This document shows positions 41,407-52,279 of a DNA stretch of 64,000 nt, piece after piece. The stretch comes from Tidjanibacter sp. Its GTDB lineage: Bacteria; Bacteroidota; Bacteroidia; Bacteroidales; Rikenellaceae. Position 1 is the stretch's first letter. Each line of letters starts with the position of its first letter. The notes beneath the pieces were generated by a model that saw only the letters and a list, made by a program, of their open reading frames with translations, searched no databases and had not been told where the DNA came from. Where the stretch lies: the NCBI GenBank assembly GCA_017631375.1, contig JAGBTK010000041.1, positions 4,419 to 68,418 of the forward strand. Direction: 5' to 3'. Position numbers and translations under genes: made by a program.

Positions 41407-43062
41407 ATGAAGACCAGGTCAATTTTACCAGTGTTGTTGGCTTCTGTATTAGTGGGTTGCTCGTCGCCTGCGCCCGAGACTACCTATACAGACAATTTCC
41501 GCCATAGTGCGCTCGGTTTTCTGCCCGATGCGGAGAAAGAGATGACTATCAATCTGCCCGATGCGGAGAGTTTCCGTGTGCGTCGTGCCGATAACGACAA
41601 AGTAGTCTTTGAGGGTGCTCTCAGTGAGGTGCTCAGTCAGGAGGATGTTGCCCAGAGTGTGCGTATTGCGGATTTTTCGGAGTTGAGCAAGACGGGTGAA
41701 TACTATCTAGAGGTTCCAGGAGTGGGGCGTTCGCGTAATTTTGTGATTGCCGACAATGTCTATGACGATGCTTATGCACACGCTATGCGTGCCTTCTATC
41801 TGTGGCGTTGTGGTACTGCTATTGACTACACTTTCGAGGGCAAACGCTATCAGCAGGATATCTGCCACCAAGGTGATGGTCACGAGGACTATATCGGCAA
41901 TGCAGGTCAGAGCCACGACGGAACAGGTGGCTGGCACGATGCCGGCGACTATGGCAAATATACTGTCAATGCAGGTATTACAGGCTTTACCCTGCTGTGG
42001 GCTTGGGAGCAGTTCGCACCCGCTTTGCAGAGCATTGAGATTGGTCTGCCCGAGACAGCTCCCGGCTATCCTGAGTTCTTGAAGGAGATTAAGTGGGAGA
42101 CCGATTGGCTCTTGAAGATGGCATATCCCGATGGTTCGGGTAAGGTTTCACACAAACTGACAGCTCTCAACTTCTCGGGATTCTATACTATGCCAGAGGA
42201 GGATTTGCAGGCTCGTTACTATACCGATTGGTCGTCTGCGGCTGTGGCTGACTATGTCGGCTTCCTGGCTCAGGCATCGCGTGCCTTTGCTCCCTATGAT
42301 GCAGAGTATGCAAAGAAGTGTCTGGATGCTGCTAAGGTAAGTTACGATTTCCTTAAGAGCTATCCCACTCAGAAGTTCCTGATGCAGAGAGAGTTTACTA
42401 CCGGTGCATATTTCACGATCGATCCCGATGATCGTATGTGGGCGGCTGCCGAGATGTGGGAGAGTACCGGCGAGAAACAGTATCTTGAAGATTTTGAGCA
42501 ACTCGCAGAGCAACAGAAGTTTACTGTTGATGTAAATTGGGATTGGGATAATATGCGCAATCTGGGTATGTTCCGCTATGCAGTGTCGCAGCGAGAGGGT
42601 AAGAACCCCGAGATTGATGCCAAAATTAAGGAGAATATCATTGCGGCTGCCGACGAGATTGTTGCTACTGCCGAGACCGATGTATATGCGCGCCCGATGG
42701 GTGGCAGATATTATTGGGGTTGTAATGGTACCGTAGGTCGCCAGACCCTGGGCTTGCAGGTGGCTGATATCCTCTCTCCCGATGCTAAGTATCTGGCTAC
42801 TGCTCGTGATGCTGTTGCCCACCTCTTTGGCCGTAACTACTATGACCGCTCGTTTGTTACCCGCCTGGGCTTCAATCCCCCTATGTATCCCCACGACCGT
42901 CGCTCGGCTGCTGACGATGTTCACGGTCCTTGGCCCGGTTATGTAGTGGGTGGTGGTCATACCGCAACCGACTGGATCGATAATCAAGACAGCTACTCGC
43001 ACAACGAGGTTGCTATCAATTGGCAGGCAGGTCTTGTATTTGCGTTGGCTTATTGCTTGTAG
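41407..43062 (+). CDS. GH9 glycoside hydrolase lipoprotein with N-terminal Ig-like domain
   Basis: Lipobox LVGC; GGWHDAGDYGKY, PHDRRS, DNQDSYSHNEVAINW. Confidence 0.9.
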   Translation: MKTRSILPVLLASVLVGCSSPAPETTYTDNFRHSALGFLPDAEKEMTINLPDAESFRVRRADNDKVVFEGALSEVLSQEDVAQSVRIADFSELSKTGEYYLEVPGVGRSRNFVIADNVYDDAYAHAMRAFYLWRCGTAIDYTFEGKRYQQDICHQGDGHEDYIGNAGQSHDGTGGWHDAGDYGKYTVNAGITGFTLLWAWEQFAPALQSIEIGLPETAPGYPEFLKEIKWETDWLLKMAYPDGSGKVSHKLTALNFSGFYTMPEEDLQARYYTDWSSAAVADYVGFLAQASRAFAPYDAEYAKKCLDAAKVSYDFLKSYPTQKFLMQREFTTGAYFTIDPDDRMWAAAEMWESTGEKQYLEDFEQLAEQQKFTVDVNWDWDNMRNLGMFRYAVSQREGKNPEIDAKIKENIIAAADEIVATAETDVYARPMGGRYYWGCNGTVGRQTLGLQVADILSPDAKYLATARDAVAHLFGRNYYDRSFVTRLGFNPPMYPHDRRSAADDVHGPWPGYVVGGGHTATDWIDNQDSYSHNEVAINWQAGLVFALAYCL

Positions 43063-43079
43063 TGGATATTGATTTATAA

Positions 43080-43117
43080 AATTAGAGGCTGACCCTGCAG
43101 CGGGTCAGCCTCTAATT
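43080..43117. terminator. Bidirectional terminator
   Basis: AATTAGAGGCTGACCC...GGGTCAGCCTCTAATT. Confidence 0.8.
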
Positions 43118-43138
43118 GTTATTTGTTATGTGAAAAAA

Positions 43139-44092
43139 TTAGTCGAACGATTGCATACCACTGCGGGCGATTTCGAGGATGCGTTGGTACTCGTCAACGC
43201 CAAGTTCCATAAAGAAGTAGTGAACGGGATTGATGCGCATACCGTTGTAGCGCACCTCGTAGTGGAGGTGGGGCGCGAGCGATAGACCGCTATTACCCGT
43301 CAGTGCGATAATATCGCCTCTGCGCACTCTCTGTCCGCGGCTAACATTGATTTTGCTCAGGTGGCTATATGATGTTTCGTAGCCGTTGCCGTGATTGATC
43401 ACCACCGTCATACCCGACGAGGTCTTGCGCTGCTGCACCTCCTTAACCGTGCCGTCGGCAGTGGCAAATACGCGAGTGCCCTCGGGGACGGTATAATCCA
43501 CGCCCTGATGCGATGAAAGACTCTTGTAGAAGGGGTGGATACGCATACCATAAGATGCGGTGAGCAGTGTTAGCTCTCTGTTTACAATAGGCTGAATAGC
43601 AGGAATATAGTTCAAGCTATCGCCCATAGCGTTCATTCGCTCCTGGAGAGCCACAAGTTTATTCTCATACTGCTTCTGTGAATTCTCATATTCAATAGTG
43701 TTGCGACGCATAGTGGCATACAGAGCATTGGGGGTGGCGGTGTGCATCGTGTTATATGCATCCCATTGCACCTCCTGCAACTCCTCGCTATTGGAGTAAG
43801 GTTCCGACTCAAACAACATCCTAAACACATTCTGATCGCGCTCAACAACATTGCCGAGCACCACATCAAGCGTATCCAATCGGGCGGTCAGCAACTCATA
43901 TTGCCTCCTCAGCTCTTTGTTGTGCTGCTTTGCCGCATACTCGCGCGGGGTGTCCCACACCAGAGAGAGGATAAAGTAGAGCGCAACGGTACCCACAGCC
44001 CACCAGGCAATGGTGGTCAGCACGCCGAGCACTGCTCTGCGACGCTCGCGACGAATCGACTGTTTTGGTGGGTATTTATGGTAGCGTTTCAT
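43139..44092 (-). CDS. M23 family metallopeptidase, paralog 2
   Basis: TM anchor, coiled coil, HQGVD and PHLHYEV; start set at MKRYHKY, 1 nt after the upstream stop. Confidence 0.9.
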   Translation of the reverse strand: MKRYHKYPPKQSIRRERRRAVLGVLTTIAWWAVGTVALYFILSLVWDTPREYAAKQHNKELRRQYELLTARLDTLDVVLGNVVERDQNVFRMLFESEPYSNSEELQEVQWDAYNTMHTATPNALYATMRRNTIEYENSQKQYENKLVALQERMNAMGDSLNYIPAIQPIVNRELTLLTASYGMRIHPFYKSLSSHQGVDYTVPEGTRVFATADGTVKEVQQRKTSSGMTVVINHGNGYETSYSHLSKINVSRGQRVRRGDIIALTGNSGLSLAPHLHYEVRYNGMRINPVHYFFMELGVDEYQRILEIARSGMQSFD

Positions 44093-44093
44093 A

Positions 44094-45080
44094 CTATTCG
44101 TTGCTCTCCAATCTCTCAAATGTGGTGGTTACTGCCTGCTCGATAATGCGCTCTAACTCTGCCTCATCCATATCTCGACGGAAATAGTTGATGGGGTCAA
44201 CATTGCGCTTCATATACAACACCTCATAGTGCAGGTGCGGGCCGGTCGAGCCACCGGTATTACCCACCTCGCCAATCACCTCCCCACGCACAACCTGCTG
44301 ACCCTCTTCAACAAGAATCTTGCTCAGATGGGCATAGCGGGTCTGATAGCCGAAGCCGTGATCGATAAGCACCTGCTGACCATAACCCGAACGACGACGA
44401 CCAACATCGGTCATCTCGATAGTGCCGTTGCCGGTGGCGTAGATAGGTGTGCCGGTTTTGGCGGCCATATCAATACCCTTGTGATCAATATAACGCTTAT
44501 AGATAGGGTGAAGACGGCGACCATAAGCACCGATACCACTTTTCAAGGCACTCTTTGGGATGGGCCAGATGGCGGGGATAGCCACCGACATCTGCTCCTT
44601 ATCCTTTGACATCAATTGCAACTCGTCAAGCGAAACACTCTGGCGATAGAGCATACGACCCGCGCGGTCAAGCTCTCGCCACGAGGAGGCAACCATATCG
44701 CTGTACGGGAACTCATCGCCATAGCGGTAGAATTGGTCGGAGTAGTCGGTGTAGATGCCCTCAATGGCTATTGTGTCGGCAGCAAAGAGCGAACGATAGA
44801 CGCGATTGTCGCGATGGTGTAGTTCGTCAAGGGTTGCGTGAGTGGCCTCAATAGCACCGTCAAGCAGGCGATATTGCTCGAACAGGTAGTCTGTTTCGCG
44901 CATAATACGCTGCATCTTTGGGGTGTAATATGTGTTCGAATAGAAGAAGATAAGAGTAGAGGCGAGTATGAATCCCCACAAGAACCTACGCGTTTGTCGA
45001 TAGGCTCTCACCCTTACAGGTTCGCGTTGTATGACATAACGCGCCTGCTCAGGGTCATATTTGTAGATTTTTTTCGCCAT
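44094..45080 (-). CDS. M23 family metallopeptidase, paralog 1
   Basis: TM anchor, HKGID, YAHLS, GPHLHYEV. Confidence 0.9.
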   Translation of the reverse strand: MAKKIYKYDPEQARYVIQREPVRVRAYRQTRRFLWGFILASTLIFFYSNTYYTPKMQRIMRETDYLFEQYRLLDGAIEATHATLDELHHRDNRVYRSLFAADTIAIEGIYTDYSDQFYRYGDEFPYSDMVASSWRELDRAGRMLYRQSVSLDELQLMSKDKEQMSVAIPAIWPIPKSALKSGIGAYGRRLHPIYKRYIDHKGIDMAAKTGTPIYATGNGTIEMTDVGRRRSGYGQQVLIDHGFGYQTRYAHLSKILVEEGQQVVRGEVIGEVGNTGGSTGPHLHYEVLYMKRNVDPINYFRRDMDEAELERIIEQAVTTTFERLESNE

Positions 45081-45192
45081 TTGATTAAAAACTCTCGCTC
45101 CTTTCGGGCAAAATTAGAGTAAATTGTGTAAATTTGCAAGTTCATTAGACAAACGAAGAAAATAGATAAAATAATATAGACTGTTTAGAGAA

Positions 45193-47826
45193 ATGAAATC
45201 AAGTGAAATCAGAGAGAAATTCTTAGAGTTTTTCGCGTCGAAGGGACATACTGTTGTACCTTCGGCTCCTATGGTTGTCAAGAACGACCCGACGCTTATG
45301 TTTACCAATGCAGGTATGAACCAGTTCAAGGATATCTTCCTTGGCAATGCACCTGTTAAGTTCCCTCGCGCTGCCGATACTCAGAAGTGTCTGCGCGTGT
45401 CGGGTAAGCACAACGACCTGGAGGAGGTAGGACACGATACCTATCACCATACTATGTTCGAGATGCTCGGTAACTGGTCGTTTGGCGACTACTTCAAGAA
45501 AGATGCTATCGACTTTGCGTGGGAGCTCCTCACTGGTGTTTACGGTATGGATAAGGACAGACTCTACGCCACCGTATTTGAGGGTAGCGACGAGGATAAT
45601 GTTCCTATGGACCAGGAGGCTTATGACCTCTGGAAGCGTTACCTCCCCGAGAGCCATATCATCCTCGGTAACAAGCACGACAACTTCTGGGAGATGGGCG
45701 ATACAGGTCCCTGCGGCCCTTGTAGCGAGATTCACTTTGACCTCCGTAGTGACGCAGAGCGTGCAGAGAAGGATGGTCGCGAGATGGTGAATATGGGTCA
45801 CCACCTCGTAATTGAGATTTGGAACCTTGTGTTTATGCAGTTTAACCGCAAGGCCAACGGCTCGTTGGAGCCTTTAGCACACAACCACGTCGATACCGGT
45901 ATGGGTTTCGAGCGTTTGTGTATGGTCTTGCAGGGTAAGCAGAGCAACTACGATACCGATGTATTCCAGCCCATCATTACTCGCATCGCAGAGATGTCGG
46001 GCAAGAAGTATGGCGAGGATCAGAAGGCAGATGTGGCTATGCGTGTTATCGCTGACCACCTCCGCGCTATCTCTTTCTCGATTGCTGACGGTCAGCTGCC
46101 CAGTAACGTAAAGGCTGGTTATGTTATCCGTCGAATCCTGCGTCGTGCTGTTCGCTACGGTTATACTTACCTTGGCTTTAACGAGCCATTCATTTGCTGC
46201 TTGGTGGATACCCTCTCGGAGCAGATGGGTCCCTACTTCCCCGAGATTGTTTCGCAGAAAGAACTTGTCAAGAGTGTTATCCGCGAGGAGGAGAACGCCT
46301 TTTTGCGCACCCTGGCAACAGGTATCAACTTGCTCGACAATGTGATTGCACGCTCGAAGAAGGATGGCCAGAGCGAGATTAACGGTAAGGATGCTTTCCA
46401 GCTCTATGATACCTACGGTTTCCCCATCGACCTTACCGAGCTGATTGCTCGCGAGAATGGCTTGGGCGTAGATTTGGCTGCATTTGACAAAGAGTTGCAG
46501 GCACAGAAGGAGCGTTCGCGTAATGCTGCCGCTGTCGATACTGACGACTGGGTAATCCTCCGTGAGCAGCAGTCGAGCGAGTTTGTTGGTTACGACACTC
46601 TCTCGGCAAATGTTCATATCGCTAAGTATCGCAAGGTGACCACCAAGGGCAAGAGCCTCTACCATATCGTACTCGACACCACTCCCTTCTATGGTAATTC
46701 GGGTGGTCAGGCAGGTGACTCGGGCTACTTGGAGGCTGATGGCGTGAAGATTGATATCATCGACACTCAGAAGGAGAATGGTCTGCCTATCCATATTGCG
46801 ACCACTCTTCCTGAGGATCCTTCGGTAGAGTTCCTTGCTGTGGTTAACGAGGCTAAGCGTATTTGCTCGGCTAATAACCACACTGCAACCCACCTCCTCC
46901 ACGAGGCTTTGCGTTCGGTGCTTGGCACTCATGTTGAGCAGAAGGGTTCGCTCGTTACCGATAAGACTCTCCGCTTTGACTTCTCGCACTTCCAGAAGGT
47001 GACTGATGAGGAGTTGCGTCAGGTTGAGAAACTTGTTAATAAACATATTCGTGCTAACTTCCCCTTGCAGGAGACTCGTGAGTGTCCTATTGAGGAGGCA
47101 AGCAAGCTTGGTGCTATGATGCTCTTCGGTGAGAAGTATGGCGACAAGGTGCGTGTTATCCGCTTTGGTGAGTCGGTTGAGTTGTGTGGTGGTACCCACG
47201 CTTCGGCAACAGGCAATATTGGTATCTTCAAAATCGTTAGTGAGTCGGCTATCTCGGCAGGTGTTCGTCGTATCGAGGCTGTGACCGGTGAGAAGGCTGA
47301 GGAGATGGCATACGCTGTAGAGGATACTATGCGTGAGGTGCAGGCTGCGTTCCACACTCCTGCTGTGGCACAGGCTGTGAAGAAGATGATTGACGAAAAT
47401 GCTGAGTTGCGTCATCAGATTGACGGTTTCCGTCGCGAGCAGCTCGCATTGGTGATGGAGAATATCAAGAAGAATATTAATGATATCCCCACCGACAACG
47501 GTGCAATCCTCTATGTTAAGGAGGTTAAGGCTCCCTCGGCACTCTTGCGCGATTTGGTCTTCCCCTTGAAGGCTGAGGTGCCCAATGTGGTGCTGATTAT
47601 CGGTGTCAAGGATGGCGACAAGGCTACCTTGTGTGTTGCTCTGGGTGACGAGATTGTTGCTCGTGGCGTAAATGCAGGTGAGATTGTGCGTGCTGCTGCC
47701 AAGGAGATTAATGGTGGTGGCGGTGGTCAGCCCTTCTTCGCAACTGCCGGTGGTAAGAATCCCGAAGGTATGGATAAGGCACTCGCAGTGGCTGCCGGTA
47801 TGGTTAAAGAGAAATTGAGTAAATAA
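45193..47826 (+). CDS. alaS: Alanine--tRNA ligase
   Basis: [52 protein letters not shown]. Confidence 0.98.
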   Translation: MKSSEIREKFLEFFASKGHTVVPSAPMVVKNDPTLMFTNAGMNQFKDIFLGNAPVKFPRAADTQKCLRVSGKHNDLEEVGHDTYHHTMFEMLGNWSFGDYFKKDAIDFAWELLTGVYGMDKDRLYATVFEGSDEDNVPMDQEAYDLWKRYLPESHIILGNKHDNFWEMGDTGPCGPCSEIHFDLRSDAERAEKDGREMVNMGHHLVIEIWNLVFMQFNRKANGSLEPLAHNHVDTGMGFERLCMVLQGKQSNYDTDVFQPIITRIAEMSGKKYGEDQKADVAMRVIADHLRAISFSIADGQLPSNVKAGYVIRRILRRAVRYGYTYLGFNEPFICCLVDTLSEQMGPYFPEIVSQKELVKSVIREEENAFLRTLATGINLLDNVIARSKKDGQSEINGKDAFQLYDTYGFPIDLTELIARENGLGVDLAAFDKELQAQKERSRNAAAVDTDDWVILREQQSSEFVGYDTLSANVHIAKYRKVTTKGKSLYHIVLDTTPFYGNSGGQAGDSGYLEADGVKIDIIDTQKENGLPIHIATTLPEDPSVEFLAVVNEAKRICSANNHTATHLLHEALRSVLGTHVEQKGSLVTDKTLRFDFSHFQKVTDEELRQVEKLVNKHIRANFPLQETRECPIEEASKLGAMMLFGEKYGDKVRVIRFGESVELCGGTHASATGNIGIFKIVSESAISAGVRRIEAVTGEKAEEMAYAVEDTMREVQAAFHTPAVAQAVKKMIDENAELRHQIDGFRREQLALVMENIKKNINDIPTDNGAILYVKEVKAPSALLRDLVFPLKAEVPNVVLIIGVKDGDKATLCVALGDEIVARGVNAGEIVRAAAKEINGGGGGQPFFATAGGKNPEGMDKALAVAAGMVKEKLSK

Positions 47827-47845
47827 TAAAAATAACAGAGAGAAA

Positions 47846-49372
47846 ATGGCACAGAAAGTATTATTGATGATTCTTGATGGCTGGGGCAATGGTAACCACA
47901 CCAAGGGTGATGTTATCTACTCTGCTCAGCCCGATTATATTAACGCACTCACTGAGAAATATCCTCACGCTGAGTTGCGTACCGATGGCGAAAATGTGGG
48001 TCTGCCCGAGGGCCAGATGGGTAACTCGGAGGTAGGTCACCTCAATATCGGTGCAGGTCGTGTTGTATATCAGGACCTGGTGAAGATTAACCGTGCTTGC
48101 CGTGACGGCTCGATTAAGGATAATGCAGAGGTTAAGGCCGCATTTGAGTATGCTGCTGCAAATGGCAAGAAGGTACACTTTATGGGTCTGGTTTCGGATG
48201 GTGGCGTTCACTCGTCGCTCGACCACCTCTTCAAGTTCTGCGACCTGGCAAAGGAGTTTGGTGTTGCTGACCGCTCGTTTGTTCACTGCTTTATGGATGG
48301 TCGTGATACCGATCCTCAGAGTGGTAAGGGCTTTATTCAGCAGCTCACCGACCACTTGGCAGTTACCGGTGGTAAGATTGCCTCGATTGTTGGTCGTTAC
48401 TATGCTATGGACCGTGACAAACGTTGGGAGCGTGTGAAGATTGCTTACGACCAGCTTGTTAATGGCGTAGGTGAGCACGCTACTGATATGGTCGCTGCTA
48501 TGCAGGCATCGTATGATGCAGGTGTGACCGATGAGTTTGTGAAGCCTATCGTTGCTGTTGAGAATGGTCAGCCTATTGGTCTGATTGAGGCAGACGATGT
48601 TGTCATCTTCTTCAACTTCCGTAACGACCGTGCTAAGGAGCTCACTATTGTACTTACTCAGCAGGATATGCCTGAGGAGGGTATGCACACCCTGCCTTTG
48701 TACTATTGCTGCCTGACTCCCTATGATGATAAGTTTACCGGTCTGCACATCCTCTTTAACAAGGATAATGTACAGATGACTATTGGTGAGTATGTATCGT
48801 CGCTGGGTATGAGTCAGTTGCGTATTGCAGAGACTGAGAAATATGCGCACGTTACCTTCTTCCTCAATGGTGGTCGTGAGGATAAGTTCGAGGGTGAGGA
48901 TCGTATCCTGATTCCTTCGCCCAAGGTTGCTACCTATGACCTCAAGCCTGAGATGAGCGCATACGAGGTTAAGGATGCACTTGTTGCAGAGTTGGCAAAG
49001 CAGAAGTTTGACTTCATCGCCTTGAACTTTGCAAATGGTGATATGGTGGGCCACACCGGTATTTGGGATGCTATCTACAAGGCTGTTAAGGCTGTTGATG
49101 AGTGTGTAGAGGCTGTTGTTGAGACTGCAGTGGCTAATGGCTACGAGGTAGTTATGATTGCTGACCACGGTAATGCCGACAATGCTCTCAATGCAGACGG
49201 CTCGCCTAATACTGCTCACTCGCTCAACCCTGTACCCATTGTAGTAGTTTCGGATCGCGTAGCAAGCGTAGAGAACGGTGTATTGGCAGATGTTGCTCCT
49301 ACCGTACTGAAGCTTATGGGTGTTGCTCAGCCCGAGCAGATGACCGGTAAGGCTTTGGTTGAACTGAAATAG
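47846..49372 (+). CDS. gpmI: 2,3-bisphosphoglycerate-independent phosphoglycerate mutase
   Basis: [51 protein letters not shown]. Confidence 0.97.
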   Translation: MAQKVLLMILDGWGNGNHTKGDVIYSAQPDYINALTEKYPHAELRTDGENVGLPEGQMGNSEVGHLNIGAGRVVYQDLVKINRACRDGSIKDNAEVKAAFEYAAANGKKVHFMGLVSDGGVHSSLDHLFKFCDLAKEFGVADRSFVHCFMDGRDTDPQSGKGFIQQLTDHLAVTGGKIASIVGRYYAMDRDKRWERVKIAYDQLVNGVGEHATDMVAAMQASYDAGVTDEFVKPIVAVENGQPIGLIEADDVVIFFNFRNDRAKELTIVLTQQDMPEEGMHTLPLYYCCLTPYDDKFTGLHILFNKDNVQMTIGEYVSSLGMSQLRIAETEKYAHVTFFLNGGREDKFEGEDRILIPSPKVATYDLKPEMSAYEVKDALVAELAKQKFDFIALNFANGDMVGHTGIWDAIYKAVKAVDECVEAVVETAVANGYEVVMIADHGNADNALNADGSPNTAHSLNPVPIVVVSDRVASVENGVLADVAPTVLKLMGVAQPEQMTGKALVELK

Positions 49373-49388
49373 TTATACCTATTATATA

Positions 49389-49423
49389 AATATAGGCGAC
49401 TCCCGATGGGAGTCGCCTATATT
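49389..49423. terminator. Bidirectional terminator
   Basis: AATATAGGCGACTCCC-GAT-GGGAGTCGCCTATATT. Confidence 0.8.
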
Positions 49424-49445
49424 GTTTAGAGAGGGTGGGGTAGAG

Positions 49446-49991
49446 TTACTCCACCTTTTTAATAATCTCGCCACCACGAATAATCGCTGCCTCGTTGGCG
49501 GGGAGGGTCTTCCAAGCACGCTCGGGAAGCGATTTCTTCAAACCTTTATAGACGTTCTCCATTGTCACCACGGGGCGTACTTTCAAATAACCACCAAGGA
49601 TGAGCATATTGAAGATACGAGCATTGCCTTGACGAGCAGCCTCAGCAGTAGCGTCAATGGTGTAGATCTCGATATCCTTACGAGTGGGGTGGTGGGTGAT
49701 ACCGTTGGTGTCGTAGATAAGAACTCCACCGGGTTTAACTCGCGACTCAAACTTATCCATACTCTGCTGGTTGAGAATGATGGCTGTGTCGTACATCTGA
49801 ACGATGGGCGAGCTTACGGGCGAGTCGCTGACAACGACTGTCACGTTAGCTGTACCACCACGCATCTCGGGACCATAGCTCGGCAACCAACTCACCTCGT
49901 AGTCCTGCATAACGCCCGAATAGGCCAAAATTTTGCCGGTGGAGAGTACGCCTTGACCTCCAAAACCTGCTATAATCAATTCCTCTTTCAT
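49446..49991 (-). CDS. 2-oxoacid:ferredoxin oxidoreductase gamma subunit
   Basis: AGFGGQG, PSYGPEMRGG, NMLILG. Confidence 0.92.
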   Translation of the reverse strand: MKEELIIAGFGGQGVLSTGKILAYSGVMQDYEVSWLPSYGPEMRGGTANVTVVVSDSPVSSPIVQMYDTAIILNQQSMDKFESRVKPGGVLIYDTNGITHHPTRKDIEIYTIDATAEAARQGNARIFNMLILGGYLKVRPVVTMENVYKGLKKSLPERAWKTLPANEAAIIRGGEIIKKVE

Positions 49992-50012
49992 CTCTGTTTG
50001 CTTTTTCGGGGT

Positions 50013-50774
50013 TTAACCTTTAATATCACCTACGGGGTAGAAGGGTAACATATTCTCCTCCAGCCACTTGTTTGCCTCAACGGGAGTCTGCTTCCAACCA
50101 CTGTTACAGGTGGCAACAAATTCCACAAACGACAAACCCTTGCCTGCCATCGAATTCTCAAAAGCCTTGCGGATAGCACGCTTTGCCTTACGAACCGCAG
50201 CAGGGGTGTGTACCGACTGACGGGTAACATAGCATACTCCTTCGAGTTGAGCCACCATTGTTGCAATACGATAAGGGTAGCCGTGGAGTTTAGGATCGCG
50301 ACCATAGGGGGTGGTAGCGGTCTTCATACCAATCAGAGTGGTAGGTGCCATCTGACCACCGGTCATACCGTAGATTGCGTTGTTGATATAGAATACTACA
50401 ATGTTTTCACCTCGGTTGCAGACATGGATGCTCTCGCCTGTGCCAATAGCCGAGAGGTCACCATCGCCCTGATAGGTAAATACCATCTTGTTGGGGTAGA
50501 GGCGTTTGATGGCTGTTGCCACAGCAGCAGCACGACCGTGAGCAGCCTCAGCCCAGTCGATATCTATATAGTTGTAGGCAAATACCGAGCATCCTACGGG
50601 CGATACTCCGATAGTCTGCTCCTGCATACCCATCTCGTCAATAACCTCGGCAATGAGTTTGTGGATAGTACCGTGGCTGCAACCAGGACAATAGTGCATC
50701 GTATTATCGGTGAGCAGCGGGGTCTTCTGATAGACGAGATTCTCCTTTCTGATCTCTACTTTCATCTCTGCCAT
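50013..50774 (-). CDS. 2-oxoacid:ferredoxin oxidoreductase beta (TPP-binding) subunit
   Basis: YCPGCSHG, GDGD, NNAIYGMTGGQ. Confidence 0.92.
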   Translation of the reverse strand: MAEMKVEIRKENLVYQKTPLLTDNTMHYCPGCSHGTIHKLIAEVIDEMGMQEQTIGVSPVGCSVFAYNYIDIDWAEAAHGRAAAVATAIKRLYPNKMVFTYQGDGDLSAIGTGESIHVCNRGENIVVFYINNAIYGMTGGQMAPTTLIGMKTATTPYGRDPKLHGYPYRIATMVAQLEGVCYVTRQSVHTPAAVRKAKRAIRKAFENSMAGKGLSFVEFVATCNSGWKQTPVEANKWLEENMLPFYPVGDIKG

Positions 50775-50778
50775 AACT

Positions 50779-51867
50779 CTATTTTCTATTAATTATTTTC
50801 TCGTTAAGTGCCTCAGCCACCTCATCGGGCGAATATACAGCACCACCCATACGACCATAGTGAGCAACGGGTGCTTTGCCCTCTACTGCCAAGCGAACAT
50901 CTTCAACCATCTGACCTGCATTAAGTTCGGCTACAAGGAAGCCCTTACACTTCTCGGCGAGCTCTGCAATGCGCTTGGTGGGGAAGGGGAAGAGTGTGAT
51001 AGGACGCAACAGACCTACCTTGTGACCCTGCTCGCGAGCAATCTCAACAGTCTTCTTGCAAATACGAGCCGACGAACCGAAGGCAATAATCATATACTCT
51101 GCATCCTCAGTCATATACTCCTCGTAGCGCACCTCATTCTCCTCAACCTCCTTGTACTTGGCAACGAGTTTAAGGTTGAACTTCTCCTGCTCGTAGGGAT
51201 CCAGATCGAGCGAAGTAATCACATTGCGGCCACGGCTTGCAGGCTTGCCAGTGAGTGCCCAACTGCCGTAACGCTCTGCTACCTCCTCATCAGTAAGGCG
51301 AGGACGCTGCTCGGCAAGGATGACCTTCTCCATCATCTGACCAATAACGCCATCCGAGAGAATCATAACAGGGTTGCGATACTTAAACGCCAAATCAAAA
51401 GCATCGAAAACAAAGTCGTGCATCTCCTGCACCGAAGCGGGAGCAAGTACGATCAACTTGAAGTCACCGTGTGCACCACCCTTACAAGCCTGGAAATAGT
51501 CTGCCTGCGAAGGCTGGATAGTACCCAGACCGGGACCACCACGGCTTACATTCACAATAACACAGGGGAGCTCTGCACCTGCAATGTAGCTCATGCCCTC
51601 GCTCATAAGGCTCACGCCGGGGCTTGACGAAGAGGTGATAACCTTCTTGCCACAACCTGCACCGCCATAAATCATATTAATTGCTGCAACCTCACTCTCG
51701 GCCTGCACTACTACCATACCTGTAGAGAGCCAGGGCTGACGCTCCATAAGTGTCTCCATAACCTCACTCTGTGGGGTTATGGGGTAGCCGAAGTAGGCAT
51801 CTGCACCGCAACGGATAGCCGCTTCGGCTATAACCTCGTTGCCTTTCATAAGTCTTACCTCTTCCAT
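50779..51867 (-). CDS. 2-oxoacid:ferredoxin oxidoreductase alpha subunit (VorB-like)
   Basis: MKGNE, GYPITPQSE, TSSSSPG, RGGPGLG; start set at MEEVRLMKG. Confidence 0.92.
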   Translation of the reverse strand: MEEVRLMKGNEVIAEAAIRCGADAYFGYPITPQSEVMETLMERQPWLSTGMVVVQAESEVAAINMIYGGAGCGKKVITSSSSPGVSLMSEGMSYIAGAELPCVIVNVSRGGPGLGTIQPSQADYFQACKGGAHGDFKLIVLAPASVQEMHDFVFDAFDLAFKYRNPVMILSDGVIGQMMEKVILAEQRPRLTDEEVAERYGSWALTGKPASRGRNVITSLDLDPYEQEKFNLKLVAKYKEVEENEVRYEEYMTEDAEYMIIAFGSSARICKKTVEIAREQGHKVGLLRPITLFPFPTKRIAELAEKCKGFLVAELNAGQMVEDVRLAVEGKAPVAHYGRMGGAVYSPDEVAEALNEKIINRK

Positions 51868-51872
51868 AGTGC

Positions 51873-52100
51873 TTATTCGAATTTTTGACGATAAACTGTA
51901 ATACAAGTGTCAGGGCAGATGATGGCACAACTTGCACATCCTGTGCAGTCGTCAGCATTGACCATAGTAGCGAAGTGGTAGCCCTTACCATTTACCTCCT
52001 CCGCCAAGCCGAGAACACCGCAGGGACACGAGGCAACACATACCTCACAACCTTTGCAACGCTCGGTGTCAATGACTAATGTTCCTTTAATCTTTGCCAT
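51873..52100 (-). CDS. 2x[4Fe-4S] ferredoxin (delta subunit)
   Basis: CKGCEVCVASCP and CTGCASCAIICP. Confidence 0.92.
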   Translation of the reverse strand: MAKIKGTLVIDTERCKGCEVCVASCPCGVLGLAEEVNGKGYHFATMVNADDCTGCASCAIICPDTCITVYRQKFE

Positions 52101-52279
52101 ATTTAGTAGTTTTGGTTATGATTATTTCTAATTATGGTTTTAATGCTTTCAAATATATGAAAAAAATCCCGAAAAACATAAAAACTTCCACTCTTTTTAA
52201 AAGAGTTGTCTAATTGAAATAAAAAACATATTTTTGTGTAATATGTGAAAACTGTTACCTAACCTAAAAGAAAAGTATC

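Noticed and set aside
45874-49219. Very long antisense ORFs (676 aa opposite alaS, 452 aa opposite gpmI)
   Set aside because: They mirror highly expressed genes codon for codon. Avoidance of TTA/CTA/TCA codons on the sense strand removes antisense stops, and the products show no protein motifs.
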